Below the pieces are notes generated by a model that saw only the letters and a program-made list of their open reading frames with translations, was not told the origin of the DNA and did not search any database. A stretch of DNA of 64,000 nucleotides. Origin: Candidatus Kaiserbacteria bacterium (GTDB taxonomy: Bacteria > Patescibacteriota > Minisyncoccia > Phycocordibacterales > UBA2100). Within the stretch, counting starts at the first letter, position 1, and each line of letters opens with the position of its first letter. Shown piece by piece: positions 10,066-19,447 of this stretch. The position numbers and the translations under genes are program-made. Location of the stretch: NCBI GenBank assembly GCA_003164215.1, contig PLSR01000003.1, forward strand, positions 28,892 through 92,891, in the 5' to 3' direction.

Positions 10066-11922
10066 TTATTTTTGCTCAGCGTCCGGAGCCGGGGGTGTTT
10101 CTTCTGCAGGTGGCTGTTGCTGTCCTTTCGACATCGATTCGCCGATCTTACTCATCTCGCTCGAGAGCGCACCCGTAGCTGTTTTGATGGCAGAAATATC
10201 GGAGCCGGCGCGGGCAGATTTCAAAGCGTCGATCTTTTCCTGAACTCCCTTCTTGATGTCATCGGTCACCTTGTCGCCGTGCTCTTTCAGTGCTTTTTCT
10301 GCAGCATATACCAATTGGTCGGCACTATTCTGTGCCTCCACCAATTCCTGCTTCTGCTTGTCGGTCTCCGCATTCACTTCCGCATCCTTGCGCATCTTTT
10401 CTACTTCTGCATCAGAAAGACCGGACGAAGCTTCAATGCGTATCGATTGTTCTTTATTGGTGGTCTTATCCTTCGCTTTGACCGAAAGAATGCCGTTGGC
10501 GTCGATATCGAATGAGACTTCGATCTGCGGCATGCCGCGCGGCGCCGGCGGAATACCATCGAGATTGAATCTACCGAGCGATTTGTTGTCAGCTGCCATC
10601 GGTCGTTCACCCTGCACGATATGGATCTCGACCGAAGGCTGATTGTCAGATGCAGTCGAGAACGTTTGTGAGCGCGAGGTCGGGATCGTCGTATTGCGCT
10701 CGATAAGCTTGGTCGCTACGCCGCCGTACGTCTCGATCCCGAGCGACAGTGGGATCACATCCAGCAAGAGTACGTCCTTTACATCACCTTGCAAAATTCC
10801 GCCCTGTATAGCTGCGCCGAGTGCAACGACTTCGTCGGGATTCACGCTCAAATTCGGCTTCTTGCTGAAGAATGTCTCGACGGCTTTCTGCATCGCCGGC
10901 ATGCGCGTCTGACCACCGACGAGGATGACTTCGTTGATATCGGGGATCTTGAACGGCGATGCTTCCATCGCGCGCTTGGTGATCGTCATAGCGCGTTCAA
11001 TAAATTCATTGGTGAGCTCTTCGAGCTTCGCGCGCGACATCTTCACGAGCAAGTGGCGCGGACCGGAAGAGTCGGACGTGATGAACGGGATGTTGATCTC
11101 GGTCTCTACAGCAGTCGAGAGCTCGATCTTCGCCTTTTCTGCGGCCTCATCAAGGCGTTGGCGTGCGAGCGGATCATTTCGCACATCGATGCCGGATTCT
11201 TTCTTGAATTCCTCCGCGATCCAATCCATTATTTTTTGATCGATGTCTTTGCCACCGAGATGTGAGTCACCATCTGTTGAACGTACTTCGATGACATCGT
11301 CGCCCACTTCGAGAACGGAAATATCGAACGTACCGCCGCCGAAATCAAAGACGACGATCTTCTCGTTCTTCTTTTTGTTGAATCCGTATGCGAGTGCCGC
11401 TGCCGTCGGCTCATTGATGATGCGCTTCACGTCCAAGCCCGCGATCTTGCCGGCATCTTTCGTCGCTTGACGCTGTGCGTCGTTGAAATATGCCGGCACG
11501 GTGATAACGGCCTCCGTGATCGTCTCTCCGAGGCGGGCTTCCGCATCGACTTTCAATTTTTGAAGTATCATCGCGGAGATCTCTTCCGGGCGGTACCATT
11601 TGTCGCCCATTTTGACCTCTATGCCGCCGGTAGCTGATTTCTGCATCTCGAACGGGACCGACGTGCGATCTTTTTGAACAGCCGATTCGTCGAAGTTGTG
11701 GCCGATGAAGCGCTTGATCTGGTAGATCGTATTCTTAGGATTTGTCACTCCCTGACGGCGTGCGAGCAGACCGACGAGTCGTTCACCCGTCTTCGAGGTG
11801 GCGATCACCGACGGCGTTGTGCGCGCACCTTCCGCATTCTCAATGATCTCCGGCTCACCGCCTTTGACGACCGCCATCGCGGAATTCGTCGTGCCCAAGT
11901 CTATTCCAAGAATTTTTGCCAT
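10066..11922 (-). CDS. dnaK: chaperone DnaK
   Basis: [25 protein letters not shown]. Confidence 0.98.
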   Translation of the reverse strand: MAKILGIDLGTTNSAMAVVKGGEPEIIENAEGARTTPSVIATSKTGERLVGLLARRQGVTNPKNTIYQIKRFIGHNFDESAVQKDRTSVPFEMQKSATGGIEVKMGDKWYRPEEISAMILQKLKVDAEARLGETITEAVITVPAYFNDAQRQATKDAGKIAGLDVKRIINEPTAAALAYGFNKKKNEKIVVFDFGGGTFDISVLEVGDDVIEVRSTDGDSHLGGKDIDQKIMDWIAEEFKKESGIDVRNDPLARQRLDEAAEKAKIELSTAVETEINIPFITSDSSGPRHLLVKMSRAKLEELTNEFIERAMTITKRAMEASPFKIPDINEVILVGGQTRMPAMQKAVETFFSKKPNLSVNPDEVVALGAAIQGGILQGDVKDVLLLDVIPLSLGIETYGGVATKLIERNTTIPTSRSQTFSTASDNQPSVEIHIVQGERPMAADNKSLGRFNLDGIPPAPRGMPQIEVSFDIDANGILSVKAKDKTTNKEQSIRIEASSGLSDAEVEKMRKDAEVNAETDKQKQELVEAQNSADQLVYAAEKALKEHGDKVTDDIKKGVQEKIDALKSARAGSDISAIKTATGALSSEMSKIGESMSKGQQQPPAEETPPAPDAEQK

Positions 11923-12012
11923 AGAATTTATTTATCGTGATAAATAATTGCAGGTAATCTATATTATATACACAATAAAAACACGCTTGTCAAATTCCGC
12001 GGGTGTGGGAAA

Positions 12013-12552
12013 TTATTTTTTAACGATCACCTGCGCCGGTCGTATTACGCGATCACCCGTTTTGTACCCGAACCGAAGAACGCGGACGATCTCACCACTT
12101 TCCCCCGGCATGTCATCCACTTCCTGCACTGCTTCGTGAAGTTGGTGGTCGAACTGCTCTCCAACCTTAGCAAATCGTTCTATGCCGTGACGCGAGAGCA
12201 CATCGAGAAGTTGGTTGCGGATGAATTCGATGCCGTTGCGCCAATTTTCGTCAACCGCCAGCCACGCCTCTCCACCCGCTGCCATATCGAAGCTGTCCAA
12301 GACCGGGATGATATCCTCTATGACGGTCTCTTTGCCGCGACCGTGCGCACGATCATGCCGCTCTGTCGCCTCTTTGCGTGCATTGATAGAGTCCGCTTTG
12401 CATCGCTGCCATCCATCGAGATATTCATCACGTTTTTCCTTTGTCTCTTTCAACTCGTCGCGCAATTTTTTGACCTTCGCCTGTGCTGCGCCGATATCGC
12501 CCATCTCATCCTCGGGCTCGAAATTTATTTCTTCATCGGAGTGTTCGTTCAT
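12013..12552 (-). CDS. grpE: nucleotide exchange factor GrpE
   Basis: FDHQLHEAV, GYKTGDRVIRPAQV; directly upstream of dnaK. Confidence 0.95.
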   Translation of the reverse strand: MNEHSDEEINFEPEDEMGDIGAAQAKVKKLRDELKETKEKRDEYLDGWQRCKADSINARKEATERHDRAHGRGKETVIEDIIPVLDSFDMAAGGEAWLAVDENWRNGIEFIRNQLLDVLSRHGIERFAKVGEQFDHQLHEAVQEVDDMPGESGEIVRVLRFGYKTGDRVIRPAQVIVKK

Positions 12553-12604
12553 ACGGGGCGAGTATAGCATAATTCGACATCAAAACAGAGGCTCCCACAC
12601 GTTG

Positions 12605-12627
12605 TCTGGAGGATCAGATCCTCCAGA
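12605..12627. repeat. 23-bp palindrome TCTGGAGGA-TCAGA-TCCTCCAGA (REP-like or operator)
   Basis: Perfect inverted repeat in the rpsI-grpE intergenic region. Confidence 0.7.
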
Positions 12628-12690
12628 ATAATCGCTTACGCACGAAGCCGCATATCGTTACGTTCGACGGTGTGTTACTGCGTTACCTCG

Positions 12691-12724
12691 AAAGAAAACA
12701 ACCCCGTGTGGGGTTGTTTGTCTT
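12691..12724 (-). terminator. intrinsic terminator after rpsI
   Basis: AAACAACCCC-GTGT-GGGGTTGTTT stem with T-rich tail on the minus strand. Confidence 0.7.
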
Positions 12725-12741
12725 CGCCGTACTCATCGAAA

Positions 12742-13140
12742 CTAGCGCTTTGACCACTGAGGTGCACGACGTGCCCCCTTGAGGCCGAACTTCTTGCGTT
12801 CCTTAGCTCGAGGATCACGCTTGAGGAACCCACGGACCTTGAGATCTTTGCGTTGCTCTGGGACGATCTCGATCATGGCGCGAGAGATTCCGAGTCGGAC
12901 GGCTTCGGCTTGTGACTTATGTCCGCCGCCTGAAACTTTTGCCGTCACGGTATACGTCGCTCCGAGAAGCGCGATTGGAGCGAACGCTGTCTTTACCATC
13001 ATGGCAAGTGGAAAATATTCCTCAGCCGGTTTGCCGTTGACGACCATCGTCGAGCTCTTGGAGGGCGTGATGCGAACACGGGCAGTCGCGGTCTTCCTGC
13101 GTCCAACCGCTTCCGTATACATCGCTGCTTTTGTTGCCAT
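12742..13140 (-). CDS. rpsI: 30S ribosomal protein S9
   Basis: GRRKTATARV, ERKKFGLKGARRAPQWSKR. Confidence 0.98.
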   Translation of the reverse strand: MATKAAMYTEAVGRRKTATARVRITPSKSSTMVVNGKPAEEYFPLAMMVKTAFAPIALLGATYTVTAKVSGGGHKSQAEAVRLGISRAMIEIVPEQRKDLKVRGFLKRDPRAKERKKFGLKGARRAPQWSKR

Positions 13141-13147
13141 ACTTGAA

Positions 13148-13504
13148 TTATGCGTTGATAGTAAGATTCTTCATGCGTTCCGTGCGGAACGTGTTGCGCG
13201 GCATCATGCGCTCGATCGCGCGACGCAATGATTCGCCCGGCTTTCGCTTGTTCATCTGCTCGAGCGATTCGATCTTGAGGCCGCCCGGATAACCGCTGTA
13301 GCGCGTGAACTTGGTCTGTACGATCTTCTTCTCGCGGATCGTGATCTTGGAAACGTTCGTGATCGTGACCTTCACATCAGAACGGATGTTGGGCGTATAG
13401 TCGGCGCTGGTCTTACCCATCAGCATCTTCGCGGCCTGTGCCGCGACGCGACCGAGTGACTTACCGGCGGCATCTATTTCGTATGTGGTCTTTTTTGTAG
13501 TCAT
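13148..13504 (-). CDS. rplM: 50S ribosomal protein L13 (short form)
   Basis: IDAAGKSLGRVA, YSGYPGGLK; start MTTKK. Confidence 0.95.
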   Translation of the reverse strand: MTTKKTTYEIDAAGKSLGRVAAQAAKMLMGKTSADYTPNIRSDVKVTITNVSKITIREKKIVQTKFTRYSGYPGGLKIESLEQMNKRKPGESLRRAIERMMPRNTFRTERMKNLTINA

Positions 13505-13505
13505 A

Positions 13506-13862
13506 TTATTTAACGAATTCGATGCGGGCGGATTCTGTCGCTTGCTTGCCGATCTTACCAAGCAGGATGATGCGTGTATAACCCCCGGCACGCTTCGCAA
13601 AGCGTTCACGAAGATCACCATTGAGCTTCGTTACGGCTTCAGGTGCGCCGCCCAAACGAGTTGCGATAAGGCGGCGCGAGGCGACGGTATTTTGCTTACC
13701 AGCAGTCACCAGACGTTCGACGAAGGGACGCAACTCTTTGGCCTTCGCGACTGTCGTCACGATGCCATCCTGAAGAACGAGCGAGCGCGCCAATGAACGA
13801 AGAAGCGCGGTGCGCTGACCCTTCTTTCTCCCGAGCGTTCGACCTTTTTTGTGATGCAACAT
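13506..13862 (-). CDS. rplQ: 50S ribosomal protein L17
   Basis: TTVAKAKELRPFVE, RAGGYTRI. Confidence 0.97.
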   Translation of the reverse strand: MLHHKKGRTLGRKKGQRTALLRSLARSLVLQDGIVTTVAKAKELRPFVERLVTAGKQNTVASRRLIATRLGGAPEAVTKLNGDLRERFAKRAGGYTRIILLGKIGKQATESARIEFVK

Positions 13863-13879
13863 ACACGTTATCGACTTAA

Positions 13880-14854
13880 TTATTGTGAGCGAAGAGTAAG
13901 ACCGAGGTTGGAAAGTGCGCGTTTGATGTCCTGCAGGCCCTTTTGGCCCAACCCTTCGATCGCCAAAAGATCATCTTCGCGCTTGCGAACAAGACCGCCA
14001 ACGGTACGAATGGATGCATTGTCGAGCGCCATTTCAACGCGCTGCGGCATGCCGAGTTCGGTGATGCGGGTCTTCAATATCTCGGCGTCCATCGGAGCCG
14101 ATTTATCCTCGCGGGCAGGTGCGCGCAGATCGGAGATCATCGCCGATGATTCCGTCTCCTCCTCTTCCTTGAAACCGACGACCGCTTTGAGCTGATGGAT
14201 CATCGTCTCGATCGAGCGCTCGAGCGCCTCGCGCGGTGCGAGCGTGCCATCGGTCTCGATCATGATGCGTAAGCGATTGAAGTTGGTGCGGTCACCGACA
14301 CGCATGTTCTCAACTTCATAATTAGCGCGGCGGATCGGAGAGAAGATCGCGTCGATCGCGATGGTGCCGATGTCGACACGCTCTTTCTGATGCTCTTCCT
14401 TCGGAATGTAGCCCAAGCCTTGTTCCGCACGGAGCTCAAGCTCGAAATTGACCTTGGAGGTCACATCGGCGATCGGCTGCTCTGGATTGAGGATCTCAAC
14501 CTGGCCCGGGAGCTTAAGATCGGCGGCCGTGACAAGCTTCGGTCCTTTGACGGAGAGCGTTATGGTCTGCGGCTCGTCAGACAAAAGCTTAAAGCGGATC
14601 TTGCGGACATTGAGGAGGATCGTTACGACGTCCTCCTTTACGCCCTCGATCGTTGAGAATTCATGCGGCACGCCGGGGATCTTCACATGCGTGATCGCTG
14701 CACCCGGCAGGGACGAAAGAATGATGCGACGCAATGAATTGCCAAGCGTATTGCCGTAACCCGGATAGAGACCGTCTATTTCGTAGATACCGCTCCGTTC
14801 CGACTCGGAGACGACGCGCGGCTTGCTCGGCAATGCAATGTGGTAGTCCGACAT
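13880..14854 (-). CDS. rpoA: RNA polymerase alpha subunit
   Basis: GYGNTLGNSLRRIILSS, HEFSTIEGVKEDV, DAIFSPI. Confidence 0.98.
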   Translation of the reverse strand: MSDYHIALPSKPRVVSESERSGIYEIDGLYPGYGNTLGNSLRRIILSSLPGAAITHVKIPGVPHEFSTIEGVKEDVVTILLNVRKIRFKLLSDEPQTITLSVKGPKLVTAADLKLPGQVEILNPEQPIADVTSKVNFELELRAEQGLGYIPKEEHQKERVDIGTIAIDAIFSPIRRANYEVENMRVGDRTNFNRLRIMIETDGTLAPREALERSIETMIHQLKAVVGFKEEEETESSAMISDLRAPAREDKSAPMDAEILKTRITELGMPQRVEMALDNASIRTVGGLVRKREDDLLAIEGLGQKGLQDIKRALSNLGLTLRSQ

Positions 14855-14909
14855 AAAGCAATAAAAGTTAGCGTCCCGAAAGACTAATAAAAAGTTGCGT
14901 CATTATACA

Positions 14910-15515
14910 TTATCTGCTGTAAAACTCAAATACCGTGGGGTAATCAAGTCCCATATCAACACTGTTGTAGGTCGGCTCGCTCTTGATCTCAGCTCGCAGA
15001 AGTTTCTGGTCTGCGACGATCCATGCCGGAACGGCACGTCCGCTCTCGGGATTCACTTCCGCGAGCGCTGCAAAAAGCGGGCTGGTGCGACTTCCCTCTC
15101 GAACCGTTATAACGTCTCCGGTGTGAACACGGTATGAGGGAGTCTTGATACGAACACCGTTGACCACAATATGTCCGTGGCTCACGATCTGGCGTGCGGC
15201 GCGGCGAGTGCTCGCAAGACCGGCACGATAGATCGCCGAATCGGCGCGCATTTCGAGCGCGATGTGGAGCGCACCGGAAGGATCCTTCTCCTTGAAGGCA
15301 GTATGCGCATAGTTGGAAAGCTGACGCTCCGAAAGACCGTACGTGAAGCGGACCTTCTGCTTCTCGATCAGCTGGCGACCGTAATCCGAAGGGGCGCGGC
15401 CGCGCGGCTTTTTCGTGTTCGCTTCGGACAGCGAGAACTTTTGAGACTGCGTCTTTTCGAACACGCCTGCTCCGAGGCGTCGCGCGATCCTATACTGTGA
15501 TTTTACGAGCAACAT
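14910..15515 (-). CDS. rpsD: 30S ribosomal protein S4
   Basis: SDYGRQLIEKQK, ARQIVSHGH, VFEFYSR. Confidence 0.97.
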   Translation of the reverse strand: MLLVKSQYRIARRLGAGVFEKTQSQKFSLSEANTKKPRGRAPSDYGRQLIEKQKVRFTYGLSERQLSNYAHTAFKEKDPSGALHIALEMRADSAIYRAGLASTRRAARQIVSHGHIVVNGVRIKTPSYRVHTGDVITVREGSRTSPLFAALAEVNPESGRAVPAWIVADQKLLRAEIKSEPTYNSVDMGLDYPTVFEFYSR

Positions 15516-15527
15516 AGATTTTAAATA

Positions 15528-15962
15528 TTAGATACGACGAGGCTTCGGAGCGCGCGGGCCATTGTGCGGAACCGGAGTGTCGTCTGAGATGCGTACGACA
15601 TCGATCCCCTTACCGGCAAAAGCACGCAGCGCCGACTCACGGCCGGCACCGACACCGCGAATAATAACGTCGACTTCCTTCATGCCGATGATGTTCGCCT
15701 TATCGCCGACAAGCTCACCGACTTTGGCTGCCGCGAACGGTGTGCCCTTCTTCGCCCCGGAGAAACCGAGACTGCCCGAGGACGACCATGCGACGGCGTT
15801 GCCATTCTTATCGGCCAACAGCACCTTTGTGTTGTTGAAGGTCGCATGAATATGCAGGGTGCCCGCGGTGATATTTTTCTTTGCAACACGTGCGAGTGAT
15901 CGCGACTTAAGACCCGCGTCGACGGTACCGCCTGATTTTCTAATGATTCGTTTTTTTCCCAT
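15528..15962 (-). CDS. rpsK: 30S ribosomal protein S11
   Basis: ATFNNT, KGTPFAA, TPVPHNG. Confidence 0.98.
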   Translation of the reverse strand: MGKKRIIRKSGGTVDAGLKSRSLARVAKKNITAGTLHIHATFNNTKVLLADKNGNAVAWSSSGSLGFSGAKKGTPFAAAKVGELVGDKANIIGMKEVDVIIRGVGAGRESALRAFAGKGIDVVRISDDTPVPHNGPRAPKPRRI

Positions 15963-15968
15963 ACATCC

Positions 15969-16352
15969 TTATGTCTTCTCGAGCTTACGGCGGCCCGAAG
16001 TCATTGTCTTTCGGACGTTGCCGCGAACTGTTCGTGAATTTGTTTTGGTACCTTGGCCATGCGCAGGCAAGTGCTTGGCATGACGACTACCGCGATATGA
16101 CTTGATGTCCTTGAGACGGCGGATATTACCGCTGATCTCACGCTTCAACTCACCCTCGACGGAGAACTTTTCAATCGCCTCACGGAGAGCGGACTCTTGA
16201 GCAGCGGAAAGATCGGTCGGGCGCTTGCCCGGATCGATGCCGAGTCCCATGAGAGTCTCCTGTGCGCGCGGACGGCCAACACCGTACACTGTCGTAAGGC
16301 CTATCTCAAGGCGCTTATTGTCCGGAATGGTTACTCCTGAAATTCTCAACAT
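15969..16352 (-). CDS. rpsM: 30S ribosomal protein S13
   Basis: RISGVTIP, SYRGSRH, GQGTKTNSRT. Confidence 0.97.
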   Translation of the reverse strand: MLRISGVTIPDNKRLEIGLTTVYGVGRPRAQETLMGLGIDPGKRPTDLSAAQESALREAIEKFSVEGELKREISGNIRRLKDIKSYRGSRHAKHLPAHGQGTKTNSRTVRGNVRKTMTSGRRKLEKT

Positions 16353-16359
16353 AAAAAAA

Positions 16360-16473
16360 TTAACCTTGGCGCTGCTTATGACGCGGATTCGTGCAGATGA
16401 CCCACAAGCGACCCCGACGCTTAACGCTGTGGCAGTGCATGCAGATCTTTTTGACTGAAGCTTTGACTTTCAT
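16360..16473 (-). CDS. rpmJ: 50S ribosomal protein L36 (below the ORF-track cutoff)
   Basis: Manual translation [37 protein letters not shown]. Confidence 0.97.
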   Translation of the reverse strand: MKVKASVKKICMHCHSVKRRGRLWVICTNPRHKQRQG

Positions 16474-16515
16474 GTGATTATACGAAATGTGGATCGAAAA
16501 TTTTACTTCTAGCAT

Positions 16516-16722
16516 TTAGCCGCGCCGGGTTATTCGTGCTCGCCCGCCATACGGATCGAGTTGGACTTGGACACGATCCCCGACAAGCACCTTAATGCGA
16601 TGCAGCCGCATTTTCCCGGCCAGATATGCCAGAACTACCTCTCCGCTGCCAAGCTTCACACGGAAGAGGGTATTCGGAAGTGCCTCATCGACAACTCCTT
16701 CCACAACCTCTAGTTCAGCCAT
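16516..16722 (-). CDS. infA: translation initiation factor IF-1
   Basis: EGVVDEALPNTLFRV, AGKMRLHRIKVLVGDRV. Confidence 0.96.
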   Translation of the reverse strand: MAELEVVEGVVDEALPNTLFRVKLGSGEVVLAYLAGKMRLHRIKVLVGDRVQVQLDPYGGRARITRRG

Positions 16723-16766
16723 ATCTGCGCGTTGGAGAATACCAAAAAGTCCTTCTGCCGTCAAGC

Positions 16767-18227
16767 TTATTGGCCTTTTGCAGTGGAGGACGTTAGCGGT
16801 CCGGTGATTTCGATCTTGATCTTTGAGGGATCGCTCGGAAAACTACTGCTCCAGAATGGCTCTATACGGGCTCGCGCCGCCTCGATCCCGGGGAATCCCC
16901 CAATGACGGTCTGGAAGACGCTCTGGTCACGCCCTGCGAGCGCTTTCGCGAGGGCAGTCGTGTCAATGCTCCAGAGTATCTGCGCAGATCCGACGAGCGA
17001 AAAGTCGATAGGGGCCGTCCCGAGGGCGACCGGCGTTGTATTGGTCGGCTGTGCTCCATACCCTGTCCCGCCGATCACTTGGACCGGAGTGTTGTTCGTA
17101 TCGATCGCCATCGTCTGAGCAATAACTGCCGCAAATGCGTCTGAAGCAAATACCGGCACCTGGATGTGCACACTTTCCCCGATCGTCACCTGACTGCTTG
17201 TCGCAACTACATCAGGAAGGTCGCTGTAGGTTATCTCTGCAAGACCCGTGAATGCGACCGAACCCGGTACATTTTGCGATTGAACGTATTGCGCTGCCCG
17301 TTGTGCCAGACGCGTGCGCATATCTGAAACGGCAGCCTGGCGAATACTCGCGGAAATGCCGGGTTGTGTTCCTGAAAAGCCCCCGGTCATCGAGCCGGAC
17401 GATTGGGCATAAATTCCCGCATACATAGCGGCATTGGACTGGAGGCCGGGAACAGTGAGGCGTGGAGTAGGTCCGATGTTGTACTGCTGACCAACTTGAT
17501 CTGCGAATACGGTGACCGTCACTTGACCGGGGGTCGAACCTTGTTTCCCCGGGATGACGACATCCGCTGGAACACGGAATATCAGGCCGGCAGGCGTCTG
17601 GAAGCGGGTGTCCTTGATGAGTTTGACGCTCGCCGTGGAATAATTGTTGTACACCGTGATGGAGCCCGATGCTTTCATCTGGGTCTCAGTCGTACCGTTG
17701 CTCTGAACCGTTTCAGAATCCTGTAAATCGGTCGTTGCGACGGTATATGCGAGCGTCCCAGTTGCGGCACTCGATGCGGGGTATGCGCTAAATTCAGAGG
17801 TCTGGTCGAAATTCACCGTTTGCGTCCGTGCTGTCAGAGTGACCGTCGTGGAACGGAACATGAAAAGCGCCAGAAATCCAACTACAACCACCCCGATGAC
17901 CGCAAGGATCCAAATCCATACACGGGAATACTTGGAACGCGGCTTCGGAGGCAATCCGCGGCCCGACCCCGTGGACGGTGTCTCGCCGAGTTCGTTCGTC
18001 GATGATCGATAGCGTGCTCGGGGCGGCATGTTTATGTTGCGAATACCACGCGCCGGAGCGGCATCTATTGTTGAAATGTCATCATCGTCGTACTCAGGAG
18101 CTGACTGAGCCATGACAGACGGCTGCTCCGGTTGGTTTGGAGGAGCGATTGGAACCTTTCGCGTTGTCGGGCGAATCGGACGGTCACCCGATGGCGGGAC
18201 AATATCCTGAAAATAATCTTTGGCCAT
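16767..18227 (-). CDS. single-pass membrane protein with extracellular baseplate J-like region
   Basis: Disordered N-terminus, one TM helix, then KASGSITVYN, TRFQTPAGLIFR, VFADQVGQQYNI, MTGG. Confidence 0.65.
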   Translation of the reverse strand: MAKDYFQDIVPPSGDRPIRPTTRKVPIAPPNQPEQPSVMAQSAPEYDDDDISTIDAAPARGIRNINMPPRARYRSSTNELGETPSTGSGRGLPPKPRSKYSRVWIWILAVIGVVVVGFLALFMFRSTTVTLTARTQTVNFDQTSEFSAYPASSAATGTLAYTVATTDLQDSETVQSNGTTETQMKASGSITVYNNYSTASVKLIKDTRFQTPAGLIFRVPADVVIPGKQGSTPGQVTVTVFADQVGQQYNIGPTPRLTVPGLQSNAAMYAGIYAQSSGSMTGGFSGTQPGISASIRQAAVSDMRTRLAQRAAQYVQSQNVPGSVAFTGLAEITYSDLPDVVATSSQVTIGESVHIQVPVFASDAFAAVIAQTMAIDTNNTPVQVIGGTGYGAQPTNTTPVALGTAPIDFSLVGSAQILWSIDTTALAKALAGRDQSVFQTVIGGFPGIEAARARIEPFWSSSFPSDPSKIKIEITGPLTSSTAKGQ

Positions 18228-18255
18228 ATGACTCAGTAGTATACCACGCACCCGG

Positions 18256-19410
18256 TCAGGACTGCTCTTCGGTGTTGACAAGTGCCCCCGCGATCAAAAG
18301 TTCGACATCGGGCGGTGTAGCAGCATCGAAAGCAATGAGATGTGCAAGCTCCGCGCGACCGAGTGCATGAACGGAAAACGGCTGCGCCGTGAGCGTGCAT
18401 TGCGTGAAATCGATGCGCGCAAAAAAGGTCGTGAGCCATGGGACAAGATCGCTGTGGGTCACCAAAATAAGATCGGGTGGAAGACGCCTCGGTACTGCCA
18501 CTTTCGTCAACGCTTCTCCATATACCCGCGCCAGATCGATCTCGACACGTGCCATTGATGCCGTCACTGCATCGCAGACATCGCCCGTACATTCATCGCG
18601 CTCGATCATGCGTAAAAGAGAAAGCGTTTCCTCCGGTGTGCTTTTTTCGGCAATTCTTTTAACGATGGTGCGTACTCCTTCCGCGATCTGCAGATGCTGC
18701 ATCGCAAGACCGTCACGTATGACAAGCACATTGGTCGCCTCTGCCGTGACCGCAAGGATCACGCAATCTTTGCCGATATTCGGGATGACATTCATCGCCG
18801 AGACGAGCGCACGCGAGCCGGAACGCAACGTCAGTTTCGCACCCGGGAAAAGATGTGCAAGTGATCCAGCGACCTCTTTTTGTATCGTATCATCGCAATC
18901 GCTTAAGAGTACTGCTACGGAGATCCGATGAGCCATTTTACCGATGGGAGATCCGGTGGGATAGCCGTTGAGCTCAACGCGGACGACGGTAGATTCGATC
19001 AGGCGGTCTTTAACTATTTCAGTGTCCGCGCCAATAGCTTTTTGAGCGGACTCCTGGATCATCGCGCCGGTGACCCGCGTCTCTTTATCGAACGTAGTTG
19101 TGGCTCGCACCGTATGTGAACGTATCCAGGGGGCGTCAATGACCGCATACACTTCAGTGATCTTGTGTCCCTTATGTGGACCGATCGCGTATCGAGCGAG
19201 CAACTTCTGACCTGCATCTGACAGGCTTGCCAAGACACCTGTTCTCATCGCGCTTTCCGTGCGATCTTCGAACGGTAAGGTCACACGCTCGGCTTCGATG
19301 ACAGTAGCCGGTCCGTCGTTGTTCATAATGAGCAACGCAATACCGGCGCTCGCGCTTCCGATATCCGCAACGGCAACTACTCTCTTTGATGCGATCGTTC
19401 TTCCGAACAT
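18256..19410 (-). CDS. FtsA/actin-fold-like protein
   Basis: VADIGSASAG phosphate-1-like motif, VELNGY; other ATPase motifs degenerate. Confidence 0.55.
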   Translation of the reverse strand: MFGRTIASKRVVAVADIGSASAGIALLIMNNDGPATVIEAERVTLPFEDRTESAMRTGVLASLSDAGQKLLARYAIGPHKGHKITEVYAVIDAPWIRSHTVRATTTFDKETRVTGAMIQESAQKAIGADTEIVKDRLIESTVVRVELNGYPTGSPIGKMAHRISVAVLLSDCDDTIQKEVAGSLAHLFPGAKLTLRSGSRALVSAMNVIPNIGKDCVILAVTAEATNVLVIRDGLAMQHLQIAEGVRTIVKRIAEKSTPEETLSLLRMIERDECTGDVCDAVTASMARVEIDLARVYGEALTKVAVPRRLPPDLILVTHSDLVPWLTTFFARIDFTQCTLTAQPFSVHALGRAELAHLIAFDAATPPDVELLIAGALVNTEEQS

Positions 19411-19447
19411 CGTATATCAGTATACCAGAGCAAAACGATACAACGCG

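Noticed and set aside
16767-18227. Prophage, suggested by the baseplate-J-like region
   Set aside because: The protein is membrane-anchored and flanked by housekeeping genes, with no other phage genes.
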